62,358 nt of DNA, filler included, from Nemertoderma westbladi (GCA_032718475.1; 3 parts of 3 records of this genome joined end to end with filler, not necessarily neighbours in it), one strand, 5' to 3'. Counted from the first letter of the whole stretch, positions 24,672 to 37,880 are shown. Numbers and translations: made by a program. Notes: generated by a model from the letters alone, not told the origin.

Positions 24672-25639
24672 AGTACGTAGCCTGATGTCTCCCTGATGAA
24701 GAAAGTGTGAATACAATGTGATGGTGATCAAGCACTGTCACATCTGTCACTTTATGCACATAGTTTATTTATTCTCCCAGTAACCAGAGCATTACTACTC
24801 CAATTGCTTAACCAGTTTGAAAACAAATAATAACTGTGAGGCTGTTTTGTTGGGTACCCCATCATGGTTGGCAAACCATTGGGACGGGTTTTTGTAATGC
24901 AGCAGAGAGCGAATAAACCATAATTATTTGTTGGCGCTTGCCCTTACCCTGGACACCTGCTGCAAGACACAAGATTATTGTAGGTCAAGTTTTACAGATT
25001 CATTTGACTGCTGATGGAGACTGACTCTGAGCCTACTGTATTGAACACACTACACCCAATTCTGCAATTAGGAGTCAAAGGCGCGAATTGACTGCAAACA
25101 CAAAATAAATTTTAGTGTGTTTTAAAAATTGGTGTAATTTAATTAAAAACATTAAAGGAAAGGAGCAGGTTACAGTGACGGCGTTTTCCAACCAAAACAA
25201 AAAACTATACATTATTTCATTTGTGGTCAATTTGCAATGAAGGTCACTATTTTCACTGGCGGTCAAAGTGCGCCACTAATATCTGGCAATTAGACAGACA
25301 CCTCAACTGCTGTAGAACGGAACTAAAACGGATTTTCAAAATCGAATGCACACAGTTGCATTCCAAACCTAGCACCATAGGTCTCCAGCTAAGCACATTG
25401 ATACATACAATGATAGAATAACATAAACCGAACCTGCTAACCATACCACTACCAGTATACCAGTCAACCATATACAGTATGTTCACTGTTTATTGTCATC
25501 ACTAAATAACTAAATCGATTATCGATAGTGGATTACTACAGTATTCTGGAGTTCCCCCTTATATTATTTAATTTATGTCCAATTAATTTTTAATTTTTAA
25601 ATCCCACTAAACCCTACTACATCTCTATCAACTCAACCT

Positions 25640-26249
25640 GAACCCCTCCCCTCAATTCCGCTCAGAGTATGGAATCTTCCAGAAGGAATACAAAGTCCTT
25701 ATCTATTCGAAGAAGAATGTCTACAAGGCTCGCAAAGAGCATGAACTTATCCAGAAATGTGATTCTGATATTTCATCCTTTTGGAATCTTACAAAACGCA
25801 AAGGATCATCGAGGGGGGCGTAACAGGTTCCAGCTGAAGCATGTTCGGACCACTTTACCAATTTACTAACAGCCAACGAGCCACCAACCTTACCGGTAAT
25901 TCCAGACCAACTGATTGCTGAACTTGATAAACCCCCGCAGGGATATGAAGTGACAGCTGCTGTAAACTCACAAAAAACAAAACAAAGCTGCAGGTCCAAA
26001 TGGAATCACGAATGAATCATTGGTTTCGGTCACCTGTTACCTTACCTTTTCGCATTTTTCTCTGTGTTTTACCACGGCAGCTTGCCCTGAGGCCTGGTTA
26101 ATATCGTACCTCATCCCTCTGTATAAAGGCAAGGGGTCAAAGTCTAGTCAGGACTGCTATCGTTGAATAGCCCTCCTATCATGTTTCCTAAAGACTTACT
26201 CATCGATTTTATACAACATGCTCTACCTATGGACTGAATCATCGGGTAA
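25640..26249 (+). mobile_element. Decayed LINE fragment, N-terminal RT region
   Basis: KAAGPNGITNE; W..SYLIPLYKGKGSK....YR*IALLSCFLK. Confidence 0.75.
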
Positions 26250-26349
26250 NNNNNNNNNNNNNNNNNNNNNNNNNNNNNNNNNNNNNNNNNNNNTTAATTA
26301 ATTAANNNNNNNNNNNNNNNNNNNNNNNNNNNNNNNNNNNNNNNNNNNN
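26250..26349. other. Artificial contig linker
   Basis: 44 N + TTAATTAATTAA + 44 N. Confidence 0.97.
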
Positions 26350-26799
26350 GAATCGCACTCACTACAATATTCGATTTAAATACGGTACTATCATAATAAA
26401 TGGATATGTTACTTTATTTCACGCTGAGATATATAGCAATCAATAGTACATCACTGAGTTGACTTATTACACGGCGAATTTCACGCCTATTCGAAGTTAA
26501 AATATATATAACCATATGTAATCACTATATAATATTCCCTTGGTAAGCCCCCCCCCCATCTCGAAACAACTGTGGAACTACAGACGAAATTTATTGCTAT
26601 GAGTAACAGTAACATAGAACCCTAACTACTGAGTGCGATACACCATCATTAGTAACTTTTTGTTCAATTTCAATAATTTATAATGGTTGACACGGATCAA
26701 ATGCTTTCGATAAGTTAAGAAAAGAAACAGGCAACCCCTAGTTAAATATAGGTGAATGGACGTGAAAAATGCATAATTATGTTCATAAACTCTTATTAA

Positions 26800-27504
26800 G
26801 GAGACCAATACCCCAAATCTATTTTTTTTTATATTAATAAAGCTACAAATCTGAAACTTTAACACAGTGATCTTTTACTACGAAAAACTGAGTAGCGACA
26901 GCTTCTCAAACACTTTTGTTTGAAAAATATTGAACTTTTGTTCAGGTTGGTTTATCAAAAATTGTATATATTTTCAGGCTTTTTATGTAAAATATATCAA
27001 GTATCAGTAATACAACCAGGGAGGCCTTGCTCTTCTCTTCACAATAGACCTAGATATGTAGTCAATCTTTTATGAAAATTTCTGCATATAATTCATATTT
27101 TTTAAAAATTTATGGATTCTTTAGAATGCATGATGAAAAATGTCAAAACGACAAAGTGAGAAAAAATTATTTTATATAGACAGTCATGAATATCAATTAT
27201 ACTGATATTCATACTGCTGTTCTTGTTTACACAAAATATTATGTTTAATTTTGGATTCTGCCGTTCCCTTCAGTAAATTTTTCATATTTAAGTAATCTAT
27301 GAAAATATATAAAATTACCAAAATTTGCGAAAACATTTCAATATTTTTTTCCAGAAAAAAATTCAAAAAGTTCAAATTTTGAAAAATACTGTTTTATGGT
27401 GAAAAATAACGATATCACCAAACCAAAGCCATTCTATCAAACTACACAAATATATATTTTTTTAAATTTTATTAAATATCACTTTTGATCGGGGTAATAG
27501 TCCC
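26800..27504. mobile_element. Candidate TTAA-targeting MITE (Kolobok-like termini)
   Basis: TTAA|GGAGACCAATACCCC ... GGGGTAATAGTCCC|TTAA, imperfect TIRs. Confidence 0.45.
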
Positions 27505-28231
27505 TTAAACCCAAATTGATTGTAATATAAAGTAAACATATAGTGTTAAGTGCTATCCCAATTCCCCCAAATGGCAGAACTAACTGAGAGGCAAACTGAG
27601 GGAAAGCTATCGCAACTGCGAGTAAATGTTTTAATTATATGGCGGAGACCTCAACACCTTTTGTAACAGCAGCGCTCACAATAAGTAGGATCAAAAGATA
27701 TTCGTTAATCTTACCAGTCTTTCAATTTTGGCAGGCAATAAAGGCTAACATCTAAAGTACTGTAAAACACCGGCAACCCAAACAATAAACCAAACCTATG
27801 TCAAAATGTACAACAATTGTGGCTAAAAATTCGTAATTCATGCTAGGCTAGTAGGTTATTTTAACTAAATCCCAAAACACACAAATACTAATTTTTATAA
27901 TTCAAAATATGAATAAACAAATAAATAAATACATTTTATACTTACAACAACAGTTAGTTACGTTGTCAATCTATACGGATTTTAGGATACTAGGGCTGAG
28001 AAAGAAATAATTAGATGGCGTAACACTAGTAGAATATAGATTTTATACTTAAACGTACAGTAGAATTATCGGCACAATATAAATATAGATATATATTTAT
28101 AAATATATATCTATAATATATATATATATATTATAAATATATATTTTTGTAAGCGTAAAATAATAAATAAATAAAATATTATTTTAAATATACCTAGATC
28201 GACCTCAGAAAAAAATCATATATTACTTTAT

Positions 28232-29598
28232 GGCAGTGATTTTTTATGTCCTTTTATTTGACTTTTTTTGTCCTCCTTTTTTTACGAATTGTGCATAATG
28301 ACTTTTGTTGTCCTTTTAATGACTTTTTATGTATGTATTTCTTCAAACTGTCAGACTGCTGATTTCTGGACTGTCAGACAGTTGATTTCAACATGCCTAT
28401 GCCAAAACATTCAAAATTTGTTGATTTCTGGTCTGTCGGACAGTTGGTTTCACTATGTCTGTGCCAAAACATTCCATGATTCCATGATTTATAGACTATG
28501 AGATAGAATTCCATATGCGCCTGTTGTAAAAAACTCTAAATTTAATAGTTTGTGGTTGTTGTCGATAATCGATTACCACATGACGTAGCAAAACACTCAT
28601 TTTATAGCCAAAAACAATTACCAATTGATGGAAAGGAGCAGGTTAAGGCCGGATTTTCTAACCAAAACAATCAACAGTCACTTTACCAAATCAGGGAAAG
28701 GAGCAGGTTACAGAGGCGGGATTTTCTAACCAAAACAATAAACGATCATTTAACTAATTGAGGGAAAGGAGCAGGTTACAGAGACGGGATTTTCTAACCA
28801 AAACAATAAACGATAACATTACCAATTGAGAGAAAGGAGCAGGTTACAGAGGCGGGATTTTCTAACCAAAACAATAAACAGTCACTTTACCAAATCAGGG
28901 AAAGGAGCAGGTTACAGAGACGGGATTTTCTAACCAAAACAATAAACGATAACATTACCAATTGAGAGAAAGGAGCAGGTTACAGAGGCGGGATTTCCTA
29001 ACCAAAACAATAAACGATCACTTAACTAATTGAGGGAAAGGAGCAGGTTACAGAGGCGGGATTTTCTAACCAAAACAATAAACAGTCACTTTACCAAATC
29101 AGGGAAAGGAGCAGGTTACAGAGACGGGATTTTCAAACCAAAAACAATAAACGATAACATTACCAATTGAGACAAAGGAGCAGGTTACAGAGGCGTTGAT
29201 TTCCTAACCAAAACAATAACGATCACTTAACTAATTGAGGGAAAGAAGCAAGTTACAGAGGCGGGGGAAAGGAGCAGGTTACAGAGGTGGGATTTTCTAA
29301 CCAAAACAACCAGTCAGCCGTTAGGCCTACCATAGTACCGTATTTAAATGGTAGGCTACACAGTAGGCCTACAGCAGTACCGGCGCCGGTACTAAAATAC
29401 AGAAATACCTGCTTATACCTACATCTGTACATACAATACAGCAAAATAGTGCTATATATACTAATACCGGTACTGATAGCCTGAGAGAACAGCAGTAGAG
29501 AAACTGGTAGCATGGAACCTAACATTAGATTTTTGGAGGACATAAAAAATAAAAAAAAGGACAAAAAAAGGATTTAAACGGACAATAAAATTATTGCG
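28232..29598. mobile_element. Mutator-like non-autonomous DNA transposon
   Basis: 9-bp TSD TTACTTTAT (28223-28231 and 29599-29607); imperfect 40-bp TIRs GGCAGTGATTTTTTATGTCC.. / ..GGACAATAAAATTATTGCG. Confidence 0.7.
28621..29310. repeat. 68-bp minisatellite, about 10 units
   Basis: GAAAGGAGCAGGTTACAGAG recurs at 28696, 28764, 28832, 28900, 28968, 29036, 29104. Confidence 0.95.
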
Positions 29599-30883
29599 TT
29601 ACTTTATTACTAGCTTTCGATATAATAAGTATATCTTTTTCAAGTATTGAAAACCAACTATTTATAAATTAAATAAATTAACAATATAAGCACAATTATT
29701 GCTATTCAAGCAAATCTCTAAGGCTTCTACAATGCATTGTATTTATCTAAACACCATGGTTAAACAAGGAAAAATAAAATTTAAATTAGAAGAGAGATGT
29801 AGAACAGTTAACTATTTAGATATTATTACAATTTACATAGATGAGAGAGGTTTTATTCAAACAAAGGTGTACAGTAAACCAACAAATGTTCACCAATACA
29901 TTTGCCCAAGCTCTGCACACCAACCCAAACTAAAATTTATTCCGTACGGAGTGGGGTTAAGACTGAGAAGAAACAGTTAACAATTTAATGATTTATTTAA
30001 TTCTTTAATCGAATATGGATCAGCATTTTGTTGCTAGGGGGTGGAATATTCAGGATGTGTGTGAACAATAGAAAAAACGCAAAAACGATAACAAGAAGAA
30101 ACCAATTTACTACGTAGCTGAGGTGGCTCGAAAAGTAGGAAATCTGGCGGAAATAATTAGCAAAAACGCAAGTATATTGAATGACAACATAATTACACGT
30201 GAGCTCAATAGGAATTATGAGTTTAGAGTAGTACATCGAAGGGCCCCAACTTTGAAAACAATGAATTGAAAGCATTGGTTGGTGCTACGAAGTGTAAACG
30301 AAGATGTAATCCTTGTGAATCTATTCAACCTCTATAAATCTATTTAAAGAATTTTACAACAACGACCCCACTGAACAAAAAGAGATATCTAATTAAAGGA
30401 AATTTTACTTGTGACATTAAGAATGTTATTTATCTGGCAAGGTGTGAAAAATGCAACTTACAAGGGGTAGGATCGACAACCGACCTAAAAGCAATAATTA
30501 GAAATTATAAAAGCAAGATTGTAAACAATAAACCTATGACTTCAATTGAACATCATTTCTGTGAACAGGTTGGACACAATTTTGCGGACTTCATAATTAC
30601 ACCCATTGATAACGTCAAATTTAAATCGAGCAACAAAAAAGATCAAACTAGCGAACTAAGGAACAGGGAGGGCTTTTGGCAATGTACTCTGTTAACAGTG
30701 AAACCATTCGGGTTGAACACAATCAACGAGGCAGTAGTAAATGATTTCGGTGTAGATGTATTCAACCCATAGTTAAATCGGTTCGCCTGAGAAACACGAA
30801 ATAGGAAAGACGTAAACAAACTTTCTAGAATTTTAAATTGTGCTTATGTTGTTAATTTATTTTATTTATAAATAGTTGGTTTT

Positions 30884-30928
30884 CAACACTTGAAACAGAT
30901 ATACTTATTATATCGAAAGCTAGTAATA
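30884..30928 (+). ncRNA. Minimal type I hammerhead-like motif in the Penelope pLTR (inverted copy at 29606-29648)
   Basis: TTGAAA(C/A)A-GATATA-cttat-TATATC-GAAA-GC-TA: core variant, 6-bp stem II, palindromic AGCT stem III. Confidence 0.6.
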
Positions 30929-31334
30929 AAGTAATATATGAATCGATCTAGGTTTATTTAAAATAATATTTTATTTATTTATTATTTTATGCTTACAAAA
31001 ATATATACCGGATCCCTTAACCCACTGCGGTTTCTTACATATTCAAGTAATATATCTTCCTACAATAATTTATTATAAATAGATATATATTATATATAAA
31101 TAAAGATAAATAAAATTTTTTATATTCTTACCAAAATACAATACATAGAGTAATATAAACTCTACTATATCATCAATTAAACACAATCTTAAAATCTATC
31201 ACGCATTTACACTACTAATTGGTCTAAAACTGCGAATCACTGATGTTAGTAATTTAATTTTATAATGGGGAAGATTATAAATAGATTTCTAATAATTGTT
31301 ATAAAAAATTTTTTATATGAGAGGAAAAACGTCA

Positions 31335-32669
31335 TTAGATAGTGATTTTCATTTCAATCATCTCTGCAGGATTTAGAGAAGTGAACTCCCTCCACCAAGG
31401 CCCATGCATTGGGTCATTGTAAATCCCATTCAAATTAGCGTGGGAACAACTTTTATACCACCATGCACCATTGAAATGCACAGCGCAGTTTTTAAAATCT
31501 AATGCATCGTTGTCGTTATCCTTTGTGGTGAAGGGCTGACCATCTATCCAATTATTGTCAGTGGGATCACCAGGTAGCAGAGCATCCCCTGCAGTCCCTC
31601 GGTATCCAGAGACTCCTATAGTATAACGTGTGCTTTCCGAACCAACTCGGAATGAGGAATATTCCGCGAATCCATATTTCCCATTATACCAGATATCCAC
31701 TCTCAGTTTAACCCCTCCAGCAGTAAGGTTGTGTATGGTATCCAACCCTAACCAAAATTCGCCTCTAACGTCACCGAATCCAGACTTATAATTTGCCCAA
31801 TCCCGATAGAAGTTAACAGCTCCATTAGCTCTCTTTTGAATCACCAACCAAGGACCACCTGGAACCATGGTGTCACACCTGATTAAACCATTTAGTCCAT
31901 GTTGACTATTGTATACGTGAAGTGTATTATTCAGTTGGAAACTGGGACAAAGGTTATTTGGAAGAACTCCTATTGCGAGAAGTATTGCTTTCTTTTGTTC
32001 ATCAATCTTACCAATGAATTCATTTGATTGTTCATTTACTTTCCCACCAAATATATCACTTTGTTCATTGAGTTTATTTCTCAACGTTTCAGTATTCTTA
32101 TTAACAGAATCATTAAATGTATTTTTATTTCCCTTAAAAACGTCTTTGAATATGTTGGCGTGATCAATTAGACTATTATTGACTATATCATTTTTGTTTT
32201 CGATGTTTCCATTAAAGTTGCTAGATAGATGATCCAGTTGCTCAGCTACTGCCTTTTCTTTTTCTTTCCTGTTGTCTGCCAAATTCTTCAACTTCAATTC
32301 GAGTTCTCTTTGGTCTGTTTGATTATTTACCATGAAAAAAGAAATCCTTGCCAAAGCAGCCATCAACACTAGTAGTCCAATAAGTGTTATAATTATAGTT
32401 ATCCACTGGCATTTTGTTGGATTTCTCTGATCAAGTTTATCACCCTTGGTTTGGAGAGTTTTTTTTCTGATTATCGGATCAGGCACATCATATACGCCTT
32501 CTTCAATAACTGATGGCTTTTCATTACCCGTCCTTGTTAACTCATAAATAGGATTGGTCAACTCAACTGCATCATCATCAGTTGTTTTTGGGGTAGAATT
32601 TAATGCATAAACAGGATTAGTCAACTCTACTGCCTTATCATCGTTTGTTTTTTGGGTAGAAGCATCCAT
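31335..32669 (-). CDS. Intronless type II membrane fibrinogen-related domain (FReD) protein, FIBCD1/ficolin-like architecture, 444 aa
   Basis: ATG at 32669 in AAAATGG context; TM WITIIITLIGLLVLMAALARISFFMV; heptad stalk; FReD motifs CDT..GGPWLVIQKR, FYRDWANYKSGFG..EFWLGLD, FTTKDNDND, GAWWYKSC...NLNG. Confidence 0.93.
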   Translation of the reverse strand: MDASTQKTNDDKAVELTNPVYALNSTPKTTDDDAVELTNPIYELTRTGNEKPSVIEEGVYDVPDPIIRKKTLQTKGDKLDQRNPTKCQWITIIITLIGLLVLMAALARISFFMVNNQTDQRELELKLKNLADNRKEKEKAVAEQLDHLSSNFNGNIENKNDIVNNSLIDHANIFKDVFKGNKNTFNDSVNKNTETLRNKLNEQSDIFGGKVNEQSNEFIGKIDEQKKAILLAIGVLPNNLCPSFQLNNTLHVYNSQHGLNGLIRCDTMVPGGPWLVIQKRANGAVNFYRDWANYKSGFGDVRGEFWLGLDTIHNLTAGGVKLRVDIWYNGKYGFAEYSSFRVGSESTRYTIGVSGYRGTAGDALLPGDPTDNNWIDGQPFTTKDNDNDALDFKNCAVHFNGAWWYKSCSHANLNGIYNDPMHGPWWREFTSLNPAEMIEMKITI

Positions 32670-35600
32670 TTTTCTCACAAAATATTATGTTTTCTGTCGC
32701 TTTATATAAACCAGTACTTGTTACACCTAACATACAATTAAAATTTATCAACTAAGGTTGATAACCATAAGTGCAGGCAGGTTATTACCCGAAGTCTAGC
32801 CCCTCCTATGTTAATACCAGCATAATGAGTACTGTGTCTAACTTGGAATATAGCAGTATTATAATTGGTAAGTAAGTCTATCATATGATCCATTATTTTA
32901 TTGAAAATTTTTGTTTGAGAATAACTCAAGTAAGCCATACTTATTATAATACTATTATTTTCGCCGCTAGACACAGAGCTTATGTTAACAAATTAAACTG
33001 CATTCTCGAATATTGTCGAATGCCTGCAATGGGAATATATATTGGAAATTATACAGAAACATACAATACGAAATATTTCCAGTTTTTAGAATGATTCGAT
33101 GGAAACAAAGTATTGAAGAATTTTAAACCTGATTGAGTTAAGGATCACAGTATTTAGGTCTATTTATACTCGGCTGTATGACAGCCATACGACAACATCG
33201 TGCGGCCGCCGTGTTGTCAATGTATCATCCATGGCCATGGCCATACGGAATATGCAGTTGATTTACGACAGTATGAGGTCACCGTAAGGCATCGGATGCG
33301 TACTGCCACTGGTGAACATACCACGGAAATGCCATTAAATTTAATTTATGAAGAACTCAATTATTTCTGAAGAATCCAAGCGTCCTGTCATAGCATGTGG
33401 AAAACGAATTTCAAGAATACATAGATAGCATAAAAGAGAAAAAAACTGAAAAATGGGAGATTTCAGCAATTGTTGAAATGGATTCTAAAGAATGTAAGGG
33501 AAAGTGGACAGCGTTGCGTTAGACAACAGCTAAACAAGAAAAGTGCATTTCCATTTTTGTGCATGTGGCTGTCGTATGGTCAGACGGCTGGCCATATGGC
33601 ATGTTTGTATTGCCAAAACGGCAATAGACTGACTGTATGATCACCAGAAGGTCTCTTTGAGGCGAAGTACCCTACATCATACGGTCAGGTTGAGATCACA
33701 GTAAGACAGCCATAACAACGATAATTGAAATGCACTTTGCTTGTTTTGCTATTGTCTTCACATAAGGAACACGCAATGCTGTCTTAGAGGTCATATTGAT
33801 AGTTAAGTAGCTAATTAATTTTTTAGCTTATGTAGCCTTGCCTTTGTAGCATTTATGATGGAATTCAAATTTGAATATGTGTAAAAGATCGTACAATCTT
33901 GTTCCTGGTTACACTAGTATTTCGGACTGTTGTTTCACATAAACAATAAAAATTATAGGCTTTCACAATTCACTGATCGAATATAAATGTTTTCGATTCA
34001 GCCCAAGGCTTGCCAATTGTGGATTGCATGGTGGTGACAAAATGTTTTTGTTAAATCGGCATCTCACTGTGCAGTTTCAATGCAGCAGGCCGATTATAGT
34101 AGTTTAGTAGTAGTAGTAGCTATGTTGCTGGCTCACAAAGTCCTGGTTTTGCTGGGTCTCACACTGACCTCTGCATTCACAATTCTGTGGTCCGAACCAA
34201 TAAGAAGGATGAACGAGCTGTGTATGCCTCTCAGTTAATCATGCTCTTCCCCAGGCATGTTGTGCTCCAGCATGTTCGATTTATAAATAATGTAGCCCGC
34301 ACTGCTGCTACGTGCTAATTGTCAATTGCTCCATTGTACTACTACAGCAGTGTGTACTACAAATACATAATCTCCATCATTAATTAGGTGGACTAATCTG
34401 ACAGTAACTTACAGTAACTGTATGTTATTTACTTATTATTTGGCAAGAAAGGTATATTGTTGTAATGCATTAATGCAGGTTTGCAGTTTTAAGGCCTGTT
34501 AAAGTGTTTCTATTTCCATAATAAATGTATAATTAAATTGAAAAATAAATTAATAATATATAATAATAAATTTGTCACACATATTGCAAACACATCTTGT
34601 GTAGAGAAGTTAAATAAATGTTTGCTAAATAATAGATAAAAATATATGAACATTATTGCATTAAATCACCTTTATCTTTTACAGACTCCGTTGAGGTCAC
34701 CCAGTTCCCAGTTTATCGATTGTTAAACCTTTGTAGGATTGCACACGCCTTAGTATCAAGTTTATTTTGTACTGATTAAACTATTTCTATATAACGTAAT
34801 ACACTTTCTTTATTTTATTATATAATTATCAATGTTTATAATATTCCAAAGGACAAACCATGCACCACACAAACAGCGGGACCGATTAATAAACTCAACT
34901 TAATATGATATCGATTAAGAAATAACCCTTTATGTTGCTGCGTCATAAACTATGCTCATTTGCTCTTTCCTTGTGCTGTCTTGCGCTTTCAGATGTGTTG
35001 TATAGTGTGTCCAACACAATCTTCAAATCTGATCAATTTCCCGAACTCAAACTTAAAGATAATGGACCTGAAACTATTTAGTAGTACAATTTATAAATAA
35101 ATCTATTATTAACTAATTAATTAATTTATATTGCCATTGTGGCGCAAAACTGAGCAATTCCGATTCACAATTTTGCTTCAAAAATAAGTTAGGCACAGAA
35201 TTATGCGTATACACTTTAGTAAATAAGTCATACAGTTCTATTTAGGTAACGACAGCCCAGTTCAAATTTGTTTTATTGATTCCTTAAAAGCTGATTGATT
35301 TATTAAATTACTACTACAAATTTCATGCTCTTACTGTATCATAGGGTTATTCAAGGTCTGGTATTCTGGGTCAATGATCTAGAAAATTGCTATAGGGGCT
35401 GTTGCGCTGTCAGTCAGAGAGGTAACAACCCATGGGGTAAGGATTTACCCATGGGGCGCTAACTATCAGATAGTCTGATACCAACTGTCAGACAGTCTTT
35501 TTCAACTATCAGATAAATGATCGCCCAGTTACAAGTTCCCTCATAGTTGTATTTTTTAAACCCCGAGTGTTGTTGACAGAGTCTGTTACTTCCGAAATCG

Positions 35601-35794
35601 TTGATCGTGGTGCCAATGCCGGAATTCTGGCTTTGATTAAAAACACTGAACTGCTGAACGATGGCGGAATCTACGAAACCCGGCCGGATTCCTAATCCGA
35701 GGAGGCGACGGAGTCAATTGAACGTAACAATGAAACGGTCGCGATGGACTGATGGGAGTCTATTCAATGTATCCAGAACGATACGATGGCGGCG

Positions 35795-36085
35795 GAGTCT
35801 ATTACAGTATTAAACACGCATTCAAAGCGATCAGATGATGGCGAAGTAATCTACAAAACAGAGAACGACAGGAAGGCGATGGAGTTTCTGAGTTTATTAA
35901 ACCCAGTAAGATGTGCATAGTGAAGCGATCGAGGCGGATAACAGAGTCTATTACAGTATTAAACACGCAACCAAAGCGATCAGACGATGGCGAAGTAATC
36001 TACAAAACAGAGAACGACAGGAAGGCGATGGAGTTTATTAAACCCAGTAAGATGGTGCATAGCGAAGCGATCGAGACGGATAACG
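35795..36085. repeat. Tandem duplication, about 150-bp period
   Basis: GAGTCTATTACAGTATTAAACACGCA...GAAGGCGATGGAGTTT twice. Confidence 0.8.
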
Positions 36086-36794
36086 GAGTCTATTACAGAA
36101 TTAAACCTGGAACGAAGACGGTGGAATCTATAGGCCTAAACCTGGAACAATGCGAACAAGGCTACTCTAAAGTTAGACTAGACTGGTTTGTGAGATTAAC
36201 TTGCCAATACTAACTCAATACAATTTGCTTTCTTCGAATTACTAATAATATGTTTTAATCTTAATAATAAATTATTCAACATCAATTATTTTATAAGTCT
36301 TGTCAATGTATAAGATTGGTAAAGACTAAAGAGCTAACTTTAGGAAGATCTGCCTTATATTTTTAGAATTATTATAATTAATTTTTGTTATGTTTATAAT
36401 GAATTGTATCTTTTGACAGACTACTTGATGTGCGACCATGATAATAAAATTAAATGGTGCCGAAATATTTTCACTTACTTAAGTGCAGGGGGGGGGGGGG
36501 GCAATCAATATTCTTCCCTCTCCAGGTGAAAATCGACGCAAATAACAGCTTGTTTACTACTAAAATAAAACTGCATCATATTCTATAGGAAAAAACATTA
36601 TAGGGGAAACTTTAGCAAGTTGTGTTTATTTTAGCCGATAGACAAGATTACATGTTTACCAAGTTTGGCATAATTTAGTCAAAGATTGAATAAGTTACGA
36701 TTTTAAATTATGACATTTAATTGTATTAATTCCAACATATGGAGTAAAGATTTAAAATCAATTAATATATCGCTGCAATAAATTAATAAAATTA

Positions 36795-37880
36795 TTTAAT
36801 AAAAAGAGTTCATGTTAATCATTAGAGGGGGAGGGGTCGGTGAGCAGGTCTGCAAGGAACATTGCCGTACGTAACGCTGATATAGCTGGAGGGACGCCGG
36901 CGCACGCTCTATAGTGTACCGCACTGTCCGCTGTGGCCCCGCATAAGCGACAGTGGCACTGTTCAGCTGGACGCCAGCAGCTGGGGGTCGCACAGAGTTT
37001 GTGGTGAAAACCGTTTGCGATGAGCTGACCAGCGGTGCGGCGCCGATAGCCAGTTAGATTAGCCGGGTCTATTTCAGACGTTTCGGGGTCGTCTACGACC
37101 GACAAGATTGCGGTTGACGAGGCGAATTTGCTATTACTGAACCAGAGTTTCCAATAGAAAGCCCGAATTCTATGGATGTGGTCCAGCTGTGCAATATTAT
37201 TTTCCGAAGTGAAAACGCTGCATCCGTAGGATATAGAAGGGTAAATGATGGCAAGCCATAATCGTTTTGCGGTCGTCATGGATACAACATTTAATTTAAC
37301 TTTGGTAGCGAGGCGCATACAGCAGGCAATACCTTTACTATATAAATGGGCGTGGTGGCCACCGGGGCCATTTTTCGTTGATAGGACGACCCCTAGATAT
37401 TCGAAGGTGGGTTGGAATTCTATTGGAGTACCGTTATACGTCAATATGTCATTGCGGCAGAGTCGACCGCCGTTTCGGAATTTTACTGCTTTTGTTTTCA
37501 GTATATTGACTTGTAGGTCGTTGCGGGAGCAATAGTCAGATAATTTATCCAAACCATCCTGGACTGTATCTATCGAGTCACCGGCAATTACGAGGTCATC
37601 AGCGTACATGATTACCAAGCAGGCAACTGCCATAATTGCTGCTGGTAAGTCGGCGACTAGAAGGCTGAACAATAAGGGGGAGAGTTTATCTCCTTGGACT
37701 ACCCCTACAGTTTGGCTGATTGGTTCCAGAACGTACGGTCCAATACAAAGACATACAAAGTTAATCGCAATTAGCGCCCAAATAACACGTATGAACTTGC
37801 TGCTGACACCACAGGCTGATAACTTCTTGCAGAGAGTCTCTCTATTTACCGAGTCGAACGCCTTTGTAAAGTCGACAGTA
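36795..37880 (-). mobile_element. 5'-truncated LINE: RT domain C-half and Cys-rich tail
   Basis: VDFTKAFDSVNR, GVVQGDKLSPLLFSL, MYADDLVI, FEYLGV; C-terminal CHCRLCG..HYRAC; AT-rich 3' end. Confidence 0.9.

Larger units (their letters stand above)
28138..31006 (+). mobile_element. Penelope-like element (RT thumb and GIY-YIG endonuclease, decayed) with inverted pseudo-LTRs
   Basis: VNYLDI..TKVYSKPTNVHQY...SAH..IPYGVGLRLRR (29699-29980); FTCDIKNVIYLARCEKCNLQGVGST..HF..H..REGFWQ..L.T..PFGLN (30380-30772); 30865-31006 is inverted at 29599-29670 plus 28138-28231. Confidence 0.88.

Noticed and set aside
21330-25600. Numerous 60-100 aa ORFs here and in 33000-36700 and 47300-52700
   Set aside because: No recognisable domains or splice-consistent structure; expected by chance in repeat-derived DNA
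26294-26305. TTAATTAATTAA palindrome as a biological site (also 52760-52771)
   Set aside because: Centred in N runs of identical length; artificial linker
28621-29310. CRISPR-like repeat/spacer appearance
   Set aside because: The variable parts are only about 19 bp, related to each other and recurrent; no cas genes; eukaryotic context
31335-32710. Viral origin of the intronless FReD gene
   Set aside because: No neighbouring viral genes or gene-dense context
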